From Podarcis gaigeae (Eukaryota), in the NCBI GenBank assembly GCA_964106915.2, contig OZ066914.1: 64,000 bases of DNA, one strand, 5' to 3'. The position numbers and the translations under genes were made by a program. Of the stretch, positions 14,613 through 27,219 are shown in pieces (the stretch's first letter is position 1; each line of letters begins with the position of its first letter). Under the pieces are notes generated by a model, which saw only the letters and a list, made by a program, of their open reading frames with translations, ran no database searches and had not been told where the DNA came from.

Positions 14613-15099
14613 ATTCCATCTCTACAATTCTATAATTATTCTATCAGTTGTTATTGGTGGGGTTTATGGTTTGACGGTTTTCTTATCAGATAGTTGTATT
14701 AAGTATTTTGGTTTGATTTGATTGTAACCTGCTCTGTGGTTGCTTTAGTAATGAAGAGTAGGCTAGTAATGTTTTAAGTGCTGTTGCATTCATGTTCTGC
14801 TTGTGGGCTACCCAGAGGCATCTGCTTGGCCACTGTGAGAACAGAGTGCTGGATTAAATGGGCCTGATCCACCAGGTACTCTCTGTCTCTGTCTCTATGA
14901 TGTTGAGTTTGGGGAGGGATGTGCTCACCATAAGCTCTAGAGTCAGTAAAGAGATAAAATTTGAGCACACTCATAAATTCATGCAAATTCAAAAACAAGC
15001 AAAGTTTGGTCCATTAACAACTAGGCCAAGGGCTCTTCCATTCCACTTAGGATCTCAAGCCCAGGCAGCTTCACATGGCTAGCGGGGGATAAGCCAAGC

Positions 15100-15545
15100 T
15101 GTTACTATGACAGAAGGGGTTGATGGCCCATCTAAGAGGAATCCTTGGGTCTGGGAAGACAGGAGGTTCCCAAAGGTGGCAGGGTGTGTGAGAGAGGTGA
15201 CAGGGAAAGAGTGTCTTTAGCAAGGCGTGCAGAGAACAAGGGGGAGAAGAAAAGACAAGAGTTCCATCTTTGGTCAGGCTGGATGAAGGGAAGCTGGGAA
15301 AGATGCCCTCAAGTACAGGGCTGAATTGCTGCTGTGAACAAGCCACTCTTGAGATGACCATGCTGTAAGATCTGGACTCCCTCCATCTAAATTCAGATGT
15401 AAATATGTGAATAAATCATATTTCTTAAAGCTATGACAGCCTCTGCCGTATCTTCAATTCACCAAAGGAACACAGACCCTGGGTGAGCACTTGGAACCCT
15501 GAAATCTTGCCACAGCTCGGCAGAGATTGGGGGTAGAACACAACT
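15100..15545 (+). mobile_element. Possible old solo LTR
   Basis: Starts TGTTAC, purine-rich U3-like body, AATAAA at 15410; no convincing TSD. Confidence 0.3.
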
Positions 15546-16385
15546 ACACACACACAAACACACCCACAGAGAGAGAGAGATTGAGAGAGATAGACACATG
15601 TACGAGGGTCCAGGTAGGCCTTCTGGGATAAATGATCCGGAGAAGGATGTAATCTTCAGCAGGCAACAGTCATCTACCAAAATTCCACTACAGTTTAAGA
15701 ACATTCTGGCCCCATCCCATGGGAACCAGAGCTTCCAAAATGCCTTGTCATCGAGAACAAAGGATTTTTTTGTGTCCTGGGTCACCCATGCAAACTGCTT
15801 GGCTAATCAGCATAACCATTCTAGGCTGAGAAATACCAGCATTTCTACAGTAACACAGAGAAAGAGAGATTTCTCAAGCCAGAATGGGTAAATTGTCTAG
15901 AAGCAGAGCAGAGAGCTCTAGCCTTTTGCCCTGTTCCAGCCGCGGTCCAAGCTTAACCCCTTTAAACACCCACAGATTTTCCATTCCACCAACGTGATGG
16001 AGAAAGAAGGAATTTCGTGATAATTCTCCGGAGCCGATACTGCTAAGTTACAAGCAATAAACATGGAGAAAGAACGGCCTTTTGTAAGCAAGTAAGAATG
16101 GCACCCCATTTCATCTAATTAATAACCAGTATCACACTGCACTGATAGGGTGGAAAACCTCTTAAACCTATTGTCCGAGCCAGTATGGTGGTACAGAACA
16201 TCCCAGCTGCTCAGGGATCAAAGCTGCTAGCAGTAGAAGCCTCCAAGTCTAGCACCCATCCGTACCTAGATAGTTGTCAGTTTGGCTTGGATCCAAACCT
16301 TTTATGGGTACCATGGAAGAAGCACATGTGTGGGGCAGGCTAAGGACACTTTTTTTCATTTTTTGCCCACCTATTAATCTTCACA

Positions 16386-16737
16386 GGGATGTGGGTGATG
16401 CTGTGCGTTAAACCACAGAGCCTAGGGCTTGCCAATCAGAAGGTTGGCGGTTCAAATCCCTGCGACAGGGTGAGCTCCCGTTGCTTGGTCCCTGCTCCTG
16501 CCAACCTAGCAGTTTGAAAGCACATCAAAGTGCAAGTAGATAAATAGGTACCACTCCAGCGGGAAGGTAAACGGCGTTTCCGTGCGCTGCTCTGGTTCAT
16601 CAGAAGCGGCTTAGTCATGCTGGCCACATGACCCAGAAGCTGTACGGCGGCTCCCTCAGCCAATAAAGCGAGATGAGCGCCACAACCCCACAGTCAGTCA
16701 CGACTGGACCTAATGGTCAGCGGTCCCTTTAGCTTTT
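16386..16737 (+). mobile_element. Sauria SINE, full length
   Basis: Homologous to the 12575 copy; 14-bp TSD TATTAATCTTCACA. Confidence 0.9.
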
Positions 16738-16775
16738 TATTAATCTTCACATATCTCCCATAAATACATGCTTGA

Positions 16776-17312
16776 TGTTACATGGGTGAGGCAGAGGAGG
16801 AATGAACGAGAGTGCAGAAGTGGGTGCTGAGGATGTGCCCAGAGGTTTGGGAGATGATGATCTAGATGTTAGGGAGGGGTTGAATGGGTTATCAGAGGAG
16901 AGGTCTGCCTCGGTAATATTGGATACCCTAACCACCATGGGAAAGCTGCCTGACTTGCCTCCACCGCCACTGGAGAGGCACCTGAGGCTAAAATGAACAG
17001 TGAGCTGGCTGTGTAAACTCTGCCTCCATTGCTAAGGATGCTGTTGCTGGCATCAGCAGACCTTGCAGACCCAGTCTACTTGTAGGACTGCCTGCTTGGT
17101 TGCCCAGTCCTGTGACTTGGGGAAACAACCACACAAATTCCTGTGCCTGCCCCATCCTTCAAAAAGGGGGCCTAGGAGGCGCATCAAGTGTTGGGACAAT
17201 GACTTAGCTTCTGCCTAGCTATGCATCTTAAACCTCTGCTGTCTCTTCTGAACCATGTAACCTGTAACCTGATCTACGTTTGGGCAATGGGTGTGGATTG
17301 GGGGAAGCAACA
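16776..17312 (+). mobile_element. Possible old solo LTR
   Basis: TGTTAC...GCAACA imperfect terminal inverted ends; no TSD found. Confidence 0.25.
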
Positions 17313-18896
17313 AGGACTTCTCTTAAGACAAAAGTGAGTGCACCACTCTCAGGTGCTCGGCAGGCAGCCTCCCTCGCTAGCCCTCTTCAAAGCATTTAGA
17401 ATTTAGTGCAAGTGCCATGAACATCAGCCACAAAATGGCTGCCATGGGGTGAGTGGCAGGACGCAAAATGAATACAGGAGTGGCGCAACACAAAATGGCT
17501 GCCACATCTAAGAGAGCAGAAAAAGCAACAGGAATACAAAATGGTGTGCGCATGCCACCCACTCTGGGGTGAGCGTGGATTTCTGAGGGGATATTTACTG
17601 AGACGTTTTGCAGGTGCCATAGTACTGGTGAGTGAAGTGGCATGAGAAACGTTAAATGGGAAGAGAAACACCCACACGCCACTCACAGGCACCTTGTCAC
17701 AACAAAGTGAGCTCAACCCTCCACCCACCAATATTCTAAAGGGATTTGAGGGAGTCCTCAGAAAGAGGCAGAGAAATGGAAGCTTATTTCGCAGGCCGAA
17801 ATATGCTTCAAGAAATTAGAAGACAGGTTTTGCCAGTGCAGACTGTCCTAAAATTCACTACCTCTGAAGGACCAAGGACATAGGTCTAAGAGCCAAACAA
17901 AAAAATTATCCTCTTCTGCATTTAAAGCACAAGTATGTCAGTGCCACACACACTTGAATAATAGTGACAAGAAAATGCAAAGTGGGCAGAAAACCCGAGG
18001 GACATTCTTTCCCTATGGCATCACAGCAAACAAACAGAAAAACCATTCCAGGACAGTAAAGCATGAATGCATAACAGAAAGCTGGTGGGACTTTATAGGA
18101 AATTATGCAACAATTAACACAAATGGGCCATTTTTAAAACAAAACTTTGGAATGTGTTAAGAGGAGGGCATGAAGTTTGGCCAATCCCGTGGTTTCGTTC
18201 GCAGGAACTCCAGTCTCCTCCACCAGAGCCCTGCCAACAGCAAGGCCATCCTCATTTGCGTGTGTGGATGGATCTGCTCCCCCCCCCAACAAAATGGGAC
18301 AGTCTGCATATTAAATAACTCCGCATGCACATTGGAGCACTCAGAGAGCTTGTTCAGAAGACACTGCAGACCTGCCCTTAAGAAATGCAGGACTTCAAAT
18401 GTGACTAGCTACCTTTGGCGAAGCAAGGCTGCAATGCTATGCATTCTTCCTGGGAGGAAGCCCCATTCAATACAATGAGATTTATATCTGGCTGAGCATG
18501 TAGAGGACCGCAGTGTAACACAACACTGTCACAGGAGAGGGTAGTCTAGAAAGAACATTTATTTGTAAGCTCCCATTTTTAAAGGCCACAAATGCCATTC
18601 ATAAAGTCCTTCTCAAGGCAATTTGCTTTTATGCTGTCAGTGGCTGACGCCACATTCACACCATATATTCAAAGCACTGTGATCCCACTTTAACTTACCC
18701 CCAAGAGACCTGGGAACTGTAGTTTGCTCAGGGTGCTGAGAGGTGTTAGGAGTTCCCCTCACAGCTGCAATTCCCAGAGTTCCCTGTGAAGAGGGAACGA
18801 TAGGAGACCCAGAAAGAGTGGTTTAGCTAACATCTCTCAGCTCCATTAAACAACTACAGCTCCCAATATTCTTTGGGAGAAGCCATGACTGTTAAA

Positions 18897-19086
18897 TAAG
18901 GGCTGCCCTATGTCCAGATTTTCCCAGACATTACTGGGATTTCAAAGGTGTCATTTATGTCTGGGGGGAATCTTTGAAAGGTGGTGCTTTCTCCTGGGTA
19001 TTGGGTAATTGAAAAATTGTTGGGTTTGTCTAAAAAGAAGCTTTCGGGGTGTCCTGGTTTTTACTTTTTGAAATATGGCAACCTTA
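18897..19086. mobile_element. Probable hAT MITE
   Basis: AAGGGCTGCC...GGCAACCTT imperfect TIR flanked by a GTTAAAT duplication. Confidence 0.55.
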
Positions 19087-19709
19087 GTTAAATGTATGGT
19101 ATGAATGTGCCCCAATTGTGTTTCTGCATCTTTTCTTATTGTGTTGCTTTGTTTTATTTTGTCTTACTTATGGCTGTATGTCATCTGTTCGCTGCAGAAA
19201 GGACACTTAATATATTTCTGGGGAGTGAGAAGCATCTCCCACTCTGATTCTGCCCATCTTTCTCTCTTCTTTTCAACCCTACTACATAAAACCAGTTCTT
19301 TTTTCTTTAAAAAAAAATGTTCAGGGGTACTCTCATTTTGACTCAAGAAAACCATCATGCACACGTGTCCTTTTTTTGTTCTCATTACTGTGTAAAATGC
19401 CACTGATTTTGTGTGTGTGTGTCACAAACTTCCAGAACTTTTTCACCGACAAATCCCCACAACAAGCCTTGATGGTACTATTCCTCTCCTTCTTTCCAAG
19501 ACATTTGCACCATCTAGTGGACATTAAATCAAAGCATCCTAAATGGCATTTTGGTTGGTCCTCAGCTGTGGCTGTTTCTTGACAGTGAGAGTGGTAAAGG
19601 TATTCTCTTCAGGGTGGCCAGATGAAAAGGGAGATGGGGCTCTTTCTTGCTCCTTTAAAAGTTGAGTGAAAGTGGGGACTTTTAGCAGATTTGGTTGGGA
19701 GAAGAGTTT

Positions 19710-19895
19710 CAGCGCAGTGGGCAGAACACCTGCTTTGTATGCACAAAGTCCCAGATTCAATCCCTAATGTCTCCAGGTAGGGCTGGAAGAAGTTTCTGCC
19801 TGACACCCTGGGGAGCTGCTGCCAGTCAGTTTAGACAGTACTGAGCCAGATGAAGCAGCAGCCGGACTCACAAAGAGGCAGCTTCCTATGTTCCT
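19710..19895 (+). mobile_element. tRNA-Ala-like SINE (Squam2-like); a related reverse copy lies at ~5058-5214
   Basis: Degenerate tRNA head, ends GGCAGCTTCCTATGTTCCT. Confidence 0.6.
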
Positions 19896-19984
19896 GTCTA
19901 AAGCCCCATAGAGGGAATTGCAGGGGCAAGAAGGGTAGTGGAGGATGATCTGTTTTGAAGCAGAATGACTGAAAACCTGTGTGC

Positions 19985-20021
<37 letters not shown>

Positions 20022-20172
20022 TAAATTGTTATACTGCCCTAAGCTCCGTATATCTCAGGGCCGTTCACAATATATATGTATAAAAGAAAATACATAATAA
20101 AAGCAAGACCAAAGACAACCTAATAATTATAAAAGGGCACTATACCTTTCCCACTACCATGTAACTTGCTGT

Positions 20173-20552
20173 AAGGTAAAAGGTAAAGGACCCCTGGATG
20201 GTTAAGTCCAGTCAAAAGTGACTATGAGATTGTGGGGCTCATCTCGCTTTTTAGGCCGAGGGAGCCGGCATGTGTCCATAGACAGCTTTTCGGGTCATGT
20301 GGCCAGCATGAGTAAACCGCTTCTGGCGCAATGGAACACCGTGATGGAAGCCAGAGAGCACAGAAATGCCTTCTACCTTCCTGCCACAGCGGTACCTATT
20401 TGTCTACTTGCACTGGTGTGCTTCAAACTGCTAGGTTGGCAGCAGCTGGGACAGAGCAACGAGAGCTCACCCCATTGTGGGGATTCAAACCGCTGACCTT
20501 CTAATCAGCAAGCCCAAGAGGCTCAGTGGTTTAGACCACAGCGCCACCTGCA
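20173..20552 (-). mobile_element. Sauria SINE
   Basis: (AAAGGT)n tail at left, head ACCACAGCGCCACC at right, body homologous to the other copies. Confidence 0.85.
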
Positions 20553-21117
20553 CATGGAAGGGTAACAGTTTGAACCTCTCGTCTTTTTTAAAAGGAAAGG
20601 TGCACATCCTGTCACAGGGAAGAAGGAACACACAGACTTCACACATTTTTTTTTTTAAAGACACAAACAAACCTAAATGCTCAAGAAACAGGACAGTGGG
20701 GTATTTTCCCTTTCCAGCCCCCTAAAAAATATAAGATGGTTGATAGTTGAAGCATCATTGATGCACAGCCAAAGAACACAAAACCAACAAGGGGGGAAAT
20801 TATGGCTGTGAAACAGTGCCATCTAATGGACAAATATGTTCACACTTTGCCTCCAGAGATTTAAAGCCAGATGAGCCCCATTTTGCCTGCTCTGGACTTT
20901 GATTTAAATTATTCCAAGATTTCTGTTTCCAGACTCTCCATATCTCTTTGTCTACACTTATTTCAAACCAAAATTATTTCACCATAAATTACACACATAG
21001 TCCAACAATATAAAATTATACGTTCAATTCTGCTTTTCAATTAATATTTGCGATGAGAGTGCATAGTTGTAAGATGTGTTGGGGTGAAATAAGTTTGCTC
21101 AGCTGCCTTACACACTA

Positions 21118-21358
21118 CAGTGGTACATTGGTTTATGAACTTAATCCATTCCTGAAGTCTGTTCTTAAACCAAATCCTTTCTTAAACTGAGGCGCGCTTT
21201 CCCTAATGAGGCCTCCCGCCGCCGGTGCCCTTCCACTGTTCAGCTTCCATTCTTAGACTGAGGTAAAGTTCGCAAACCAGGACACTACTTCTGGTTTTGC
21301 GGAGTTTGTAAACCGAATAGTCCGTAAACAGGGCTGTTCTTAAACTGAGGTACCACTG
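21118..21358. mobile_element. TA-target (Tc1/mariner-pogo-type) MITE
   Basis: TA|CAGTGGTAC...GTACCACTG|TA. Confidence 0.85.
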
Positions 21359-21613
21359 TATTGGATTATAATGGGCACCAACCACATACACCTTAAATCT
21401 GTAGTGTAGAAAACCATCATGAGATATACAGAAATCTATGATAATAATAGCCCTGCCATTGCACGCTTACTCAGAAGTAAGTTCCACTGGCTTTGTGCAT
21501 ACTGCTACGTGAGATTACCTCAGAACCTCAATTTTTGGCAATTCAAAGGAGAACAGTACATCCCTTTAAAAGTAGGACATTGCGGTTAACTGAAACAAGA
21601 CATGACCACTCAC

Positions 21614-21746
21614 CCAAATTTTGAGGTTAAGGTGCCACCCAAGGAAGCTCCAACGATCATTCCTACCCCAAAACATAGTCCAAGCTTTCCTAAAGCATCA
21701 ACACGTTCGTCAGCGGTGGTCAAATCTGTTATCACCATTTGAGCAC
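21614..21746 (-). CDS. SLC22A18: SLC22A18 coding exon 4 (gene continues, probably beyond the left edge)
   Basis: TTTTTAAATAG|GT...GG|GTGAGT; 133 nt encoding (G)AQMVITDLTTADERVDALGKLGLCFGVGMIVGASLGGTLTSKF(G); human has AQMVITDLSAPEERPAALGRLGLCFGVGVILGSLLGGTL. Confidence 0.95.
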
Positions 21747-21916
21747 CTATTTAAAAAACGGAGGGGAAACCCAGGTTAATCGTGTACCATCTAAAGTCTT
21801 TGCTCTTCCTTTTAAAAATATGATAATGAGCATTTCAGGGGCAGAGTTCTTGGGTGAATATCATGATGAACCATGGATTTGTTACACCCCCAAATCTATA
21901 GCTTGACAAGTTTTAT

Positions 21917-22194
21917 GAATCGTAGAATCATAGAATCATAGAGTTGGAAGAGACCACAAGGGCCATCGAGTCCAACCCCCTGCCAAGCAGGAAACACCAT
22001 CAGAGCACTCCTGACATATGGTTGTCAAGCCTCTGCTTAAAGACCTCCAAAGAAGGAGACTCCACCACACTCCTTGGCAGCAAATTCCACTGTCGAACAG
22101 CTCTTACTGTCAGGAAGTTCTTCCTAATGTTTAGGTGGAATCTTCTTTCTTGTAGTTTGGATCCATTGCTCCGTGTCCGCTTCTCTGGAGCAGA
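21917..22194 (-). mobile_element. CR1 LINE 3' end in a SLC22A18 intron
   Basis: [52 protein letters not shown] and an (ATTCTATG)n tail. Confidence 0.9.
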
Positions 22195-22462
22195 TGAATG
22201 TGGGTGCTTTAGCTCATGAGGGAGGTGCTGCAAGAAGGTTGGTCCGTGGCCATTTCGTAAAATGGCTTCTTACCACAGACGTATGCCAACCTGCCCGAGA
22301 GGCCAAAAACTTCTTCTCATCCCCTCCAGATTGCTCCCAGTATTGACTGGACCTTAACTCACATCGTCCACATGTGACGAGCAGCAGTTTCTTAGTTTGA
22401 CTCTGGGAGCCAAAGTCCTTGAGTCAACCCATGCTAATGTTTGCATCATCTAATAACATCAC

Positions 22463-22608
22463 CTGGTAGTCCATGCATGAAGACGGAGGGGACCCTGGAC
22501 AGAAAGAGCAGAGGGACACTGGTGGACACAGACAGAAGCAAGAAGAACACAGATCCAGCCACGTATGAGATGGCCAAGGCAGTCTTGGCTCCAAACTTGT
22601 CAGCAAAC
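22463..22608 (-). CDS. SLC22A18: SLC22A18 coding exon 3
   Basis: TTTCTATGCCAG|G...CCAG|GTGATG; 146 nt encoding FADKFGAKTALAISYVAGSVFFLLLSVSTSVPLLFLSRVPSVFMHGLP. It completes an MFS motif-A-like GRFADKFGAK. Confidence 0.95.
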
Positions 22609-23209
22609 CTGGCATAGAAAGAGATGCAGCATCTTCAGAAACAGAACAGGGTGTGCAGCAATAAAAGCAAACCTCCACTAAACTGTAGAAGTTCTTCCAG
22701 CCTTTTAAGGTAAACACAGATCCTAGGGAAGGTTGGCTGTTCAATAGGGCTGATGAGGAGTGCCTGGATGGGGCTGGGCCAAGTCACACTGTGTGGATCC
22801 TCCACTGCATTCAACTCTCCCTCCCTCCCTCCCTCCCACCTCTGCTGCCTTGCCTTCACGGCAATGGTGGCAGCAGTGCCCCCTCCTCCTCCTCCCTCCT
22901 GGTTTCCTTTTTTTTAAAGGGGGGGGGTGTTCTGCTGTAGAGGCAGGAGAAACCTCTCCCCAACCCAGGTTCCATTTCCCCCTTTTGCTGATGCTTTAGT
23001 GGCAGCACTGCCAGAGGAGCCTTATTCGATAGGCAGAAGTCAGCAGGTCCAGCCAGGAAGTGGGGCTGCTGGCTGGGGCCACTGGGGCCAGCACAAGGGA
23101 CCCGAAAGCACTGGGGAGGTCACCCCTATTTGCTCACTTCCCAGGAAAAGCTCTGCCAATTAGCATCCACTCAAGGTAAGCTATCAGTTCTATAGGCATC
23201 CAGGCCACC

Positions 23210-23310
23210 GCCCCTGCAATGCAGAAATATGCCGCTGTCCCATACAGAGATCAAACCTGCAACCTTGGTGTTATCAGCACCACACTCTAACCAGCTGAGC
23301 TATCCAGGCT
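23210..23310 (-). mobile_element. tRNA-Ile-derived SINE head with the start of a CR1-like tail
   Basis: The reverse strand reads GCCTGGATAGCTCAGCTGGTTAGAGTGTGGTGCTGATAACACCAAGGTTGCAGGTTTGATC..., followed by ...CTGCATTGCAGGGG. Confidence 0.7.
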
Positions 23311-23785
23311 CCAAATGATAATCCTGCTAATCCGACATCATAGATATTCTCCTTGTCCACGGATTGATGTATTTTGAAAGACAAGGTTAGCAATCGTCAG
23401 CATTCAAATCTATGACTTCTTACCTACCCACATTCAACATCCAATTAAAAATACAAAAGAAATGGAAATGAATGCTGGCCTTGTTGTGCAGCTTCCTCCC
23501 TCCCTTTTCTATCATTAGCAGCTACTTGTGTGCATACAGCTTATTAACAGTTCCTGCATTGGCTAATATCCAGTGGCAATCAGAACATTAAAAAAAGGGG
23601 GGGGGGATATAGAGTTGGTTAGTATACAATACAGTAGTAAAAGAGCCTTTCATTCCCCTGCTGCCAGTATGGGAAATCCAGATGGCTATTTAAATTATTT
23701 CCCTGAGCTAAAAATAAAATGGTGTTATTAACTCCAAACAATTCTGACATTCCACAGGGTTCCCAAGAATGGTTGTTATATTTAC

Positions 23786-23883
23786 CTCCCAAAAATGGGA
23801 CCTCCCAGAAGCTGAAGAACACCAAAGACTGTTTGCAAGTAGCCAAATTCAACAGCATCCATACCCAGGCTGGTTGCCAGATA
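23786..23883 (-). CDS. SLC22A18: SLC22A18 coding exon 2
   Basis: CTTTCAG|...AG|GTAAAT; 98 nt encoding YLATSLGMDAVEFGYLQTVFGVLQLLGGPIFG(R); human has YLSRKLGLDSIAFGYLQTTFGVLQLLGGPVFGR. Confidence 0.95.
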
Positions 23884-24419
23884 CTGAAAGGGGGTGAAGT
23901 CAAAGAGAAAGGTGTATGTTATACTGTATTTCTGAATGACATGGAAACTAATACTTAATCATAAAATGTTGTCGAGGCCATGGTGCAATCTCTTAAATTC
24001 GCATGAGCAGGACTTGTAAGGTCACCCTTCAAGCCAAAATAATGTCCTCTTAAGCTCCAAAGCAGAGGACCTCCTTTGGCCTCCTTCACTGGCTCAAAAC
24101 ATGCTGTCACCTAACAGAATTGCCCCCTACGGCACAGAACCACATCATGTCTTCAGTCTCACAAGCTGCTGTCCCAGCCATCAGCTTTGCTGAGTCAAGC
24201 AATTATGCTGTCCTACGAGTTTGTCCTCCAAAGAGCACTAAAACAGCACAGGACACCTGGGAGAAGTATTTGAGGGACTCTTTGGGGGTGGGCAGTTTTA
24301 ATCACAACCTGCCTGCAGCAATACATGACCCACAATGAATACTATAGATGGCCTTCTCTGGGAGTACTTCTTGTGCAACTTCATTTAGATTGGCTCCTGA
24401 TCCAGTTGAAGACCAAGGT

Positions 24420-24555
24420 CAGGCTTCCTCAACCACAGCCCTCCAAATGTTTTTGGCCTACAACTCCCATGATCCCTAGCTAGCAGGACCAGTGGTCAGG
24501 GATGATGGGAATTGTAGTCTCAAAACATCTGGAGGGCCGAGGTTGAGGAAGCCTG
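24420..24555. mobile_element. hAT MITE
   Basis: TIR CAGGCTTCCTCAACC, perfect 8-bp TSD ACCAAGGT. Confidence 0.88.
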
Positions 24556-25283
24556 ACCAAGGTTGTATGAAATGCAGATACCACAAACATAATCTGTTAA
24601 GGGCTCAGCTTAGGTGTTCATTACAAGTAATTCGTGAAAAGCACCAGTGCTTTCCTTGATCACCAGCTCCCATTAGCTACTTGGCATTCTCGCACACATT
24701 TTGAGGGTACTGCTGGTTATATAACGTAGTGTGGAAGTTGCACCACTCAGGCAAAATTAAAAATAAATAAATGAGTGCTATCCAATTAAGCCACACTGAA
24801 GAATAAATCTGCTGAAATGAATTAAGTACATTGATTTCGACAGGTCTACTCTAACGTATTTTAGAATATCCCTCTCACGCCTTGGAATGCAAAGTTTATG
24901 TCAGTAGATCAACTGAATTAGATCAAGGAACCATTATCAAACTAAACACTCTTCCTGCACAAATCCTCTTCTGTGGTAGATTCTGAAGTTAAGCATTTGA
25001 TATATGTATGTCCTGCCTTTTCTCCAATGTGTTTAAGGCAGTGCACATGGTTCTCTCCCCAATCCCTTTTACCCTCGCAAAAACCTTGTGAGGTAGGCTA
25101 GGCTGAGAAACAAGGACAGACACAGAGGTTCATGTCCATGTGGGGATTTTAATCAGGTTCACTTACACTTGCTTATACTGCATTACGGAGCTGGTGTTAG
25201 ATCAGGAAGTTGCTAAAGCATTTTTCCTTTAGAAAAGAAAGTAATGGGTGGAGCTAGTAAAAATCTATACTCCATATACTCAC

Positions 25284-25466
25284 TGGAACAATCCCAAACT
25301 GCATGAACATGCAGGCCACTTCCACAACTGTAATCAGATAAATGAGCTGAATCAGCCTTTGCTTTGAGGTCATATTTATTCTGCTGTTGTCATCCTTCTC
25401 CAAGGGCTCATCTCTCAATTTCTGTCTCTGTTGTTGCTCTCTCTCTGAAGGGATTCCTAGGTTCAT
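25284..25466 (-). CDS. SLC22A18: SLC22A18 (MFS transporter) first coding exon; the full exon is 25284-25502 including 36 nt of 5'UTR
   Basis: MNLGIPSERE...NMTSKQRLIQLIYLITVVEVACMFMQFGIVP resembles human LTYVLAATELTCLFMQFSIVP. Acceptor CTTTTGTATTCCTCCAG (AG 25504-25503) and donor CCA|GTGAGT (25283-25278), phase 0. Confidence 0.9.
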
Positions 25467-26855
25467 GCTGCACTGGGTAAACCGTCAGGCACACACCTTA
25501 GTCTGGAGGAATACAAAAGAGAATGACCTTTCAGCAGGGAAGGAACACAAGCTCATTAACAGAGAAGGTACAAAGGGCATGCTTTTCAGTGGAGGTGGAG
25601 GGTGACAGTCAAGTCGGGGAGCATTCCTGCTGATAGGTTTGCAGCACAGAGGTGACTCAACATTGCCAGCTAGTGGCTGTGATCTAGCACTTTCCAGTGC
25701 AATTTTCTGACACTTATCAGACTTTTTGTAGTTAGGAAAGTGATAGGACAATTGCACTAAGAAGTGTGGGGGTAACAACCAGTTTTGTGTGCGAATAAGC
25801 CAGTCGTCTGGAACGACTGTCACATTCTTCCACTTGCCTGTTATGACGTTCAAGATAGGTAACTGTCAAGCTGGCCTCTTTGACAGGGTCTGCTTTAGTA
25901 AAAAGAAGACGAAGAAAGAACTACAATTGAAACGACAGTGTGATTCTGTGCAAGGAAGTAAGTCCCTCTGCATTCTGTGGGGTTTGTTAATCTGGCTCTG
26001 CCAAGCCCAAGGAATCACTGGATTCTGCAAGTCCCAGAGCAACCATGATGGGCTAAAACAGATGGCAGCAGTGTAACGTTGAGACACTGAGCAAGCCCTG
26101 AGAACCACAAAAAAACACACCTGCTTGTGGGTCAAATTGACTTTCTGCTGGAGTGACCTTGGTACCCGTCGATAAGCAGATTGCTTTGCTAAGAGCTGGA
26201 GGAACATCCATGGTGTGGAGATAAAAAGAGATGTCCAGCAGAGAGAGCTGGTAGGCACTCCTCTATTTATCTTTTATTTTCTATTGTTTTGTTTTCCTTT
26301 CCCCCCTCCTTGTTTCCTCCTTTCTATCTGCAGCTGTTGTGGCTCTGCTGGAGATAAAGGGTGCTTGGACCTGCCTACCCACTGCACTGGATTGCTAGCT
26401 CTGGACTTGATGTTAAATGCTTTGCAGCTCAGAATGGATAAGAAACTTAAAATGGCTTAGGAAGCTTCAAAGTCAATTGGCTGGAAGGTGTTTTAGTACA
26501 GAGATGGAGTGTATATGTCGGTCGCAGGGCTTCACTTCATTCCTATTCAAGTTGCTTCATTAGTTGTTCCGTCCATAATGATAATAATGTCCATTTAAAA
26601 ATGGTTTCTGCGGGGAAAGTTCTGGGCTAGAAAACAACAACAACGCTTGGACTTGGAGCTTTAAAGGATGGACCTGTGCCTGGAAAAAGCAGAGGAAATC
26701 GTAGTTGTGGATAAACCCTAACTCTCTCTGACCCTCCTGATTTCTCTGTCCTTTTTCTGCTGAGTCACTTCTGGGCAGCTGTTCCTTTTACCTGCACCTT
26801 CCCTCTGTGTCTCTCTAAGTTTCTCTCCTCGACTGCTTTCCTCTCCCTCTTACTT

Positions 26856-27219
26856 AAAGGTAAAGGTAAAGGTACCCCTGCCCGTACGGGCCAGTCTTGA
26901 CAGACTCTGGGGTTGTGCGCCCATCTCACTCAAGAGGCCAGGGGCCAGCGCTGTCCGGAGACACTTCCGGGTCACGTGGCCAGCGTGACATCGCTGCTCT
27001 GGCGAGCCAGAGCCGCACACGGAAACGCCGTTTACCTTCCCGTTGGTAAGCGGTCCCTATTTATCTACTTGCACCCGGAGGTGCTTTCGAACTGCTAGGT
27101 TGGCAGGCGCTGGGACCGAGCAGCGGGAGCGCACCCCGCCGCAGGGATTCGAACCGCCGACCTTTCGATCGGCAAGTCCTAGGCGCTGAGGCTTTAACCC
27201 ACAGCGCCACCTGTGTCCC
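26856..27219 (-). mobile_element. Sauria SINE inserted in the Gypsy 3' LTR
   Basis: Near-identical to the 12575 copy in reverse; 16-bp TSD CTCTCCCTCTTACTTA. Confidence 0.9.

Noticed and set aside
23233-23310. Apparent tRNA-Ile(GAT) gene; also a tRNA-Lys-like sequence at 39355-39418
   Set aside because: Broken acceptor and T stems, CpG decay and attached LINE-like tails mark them as SINE heads.
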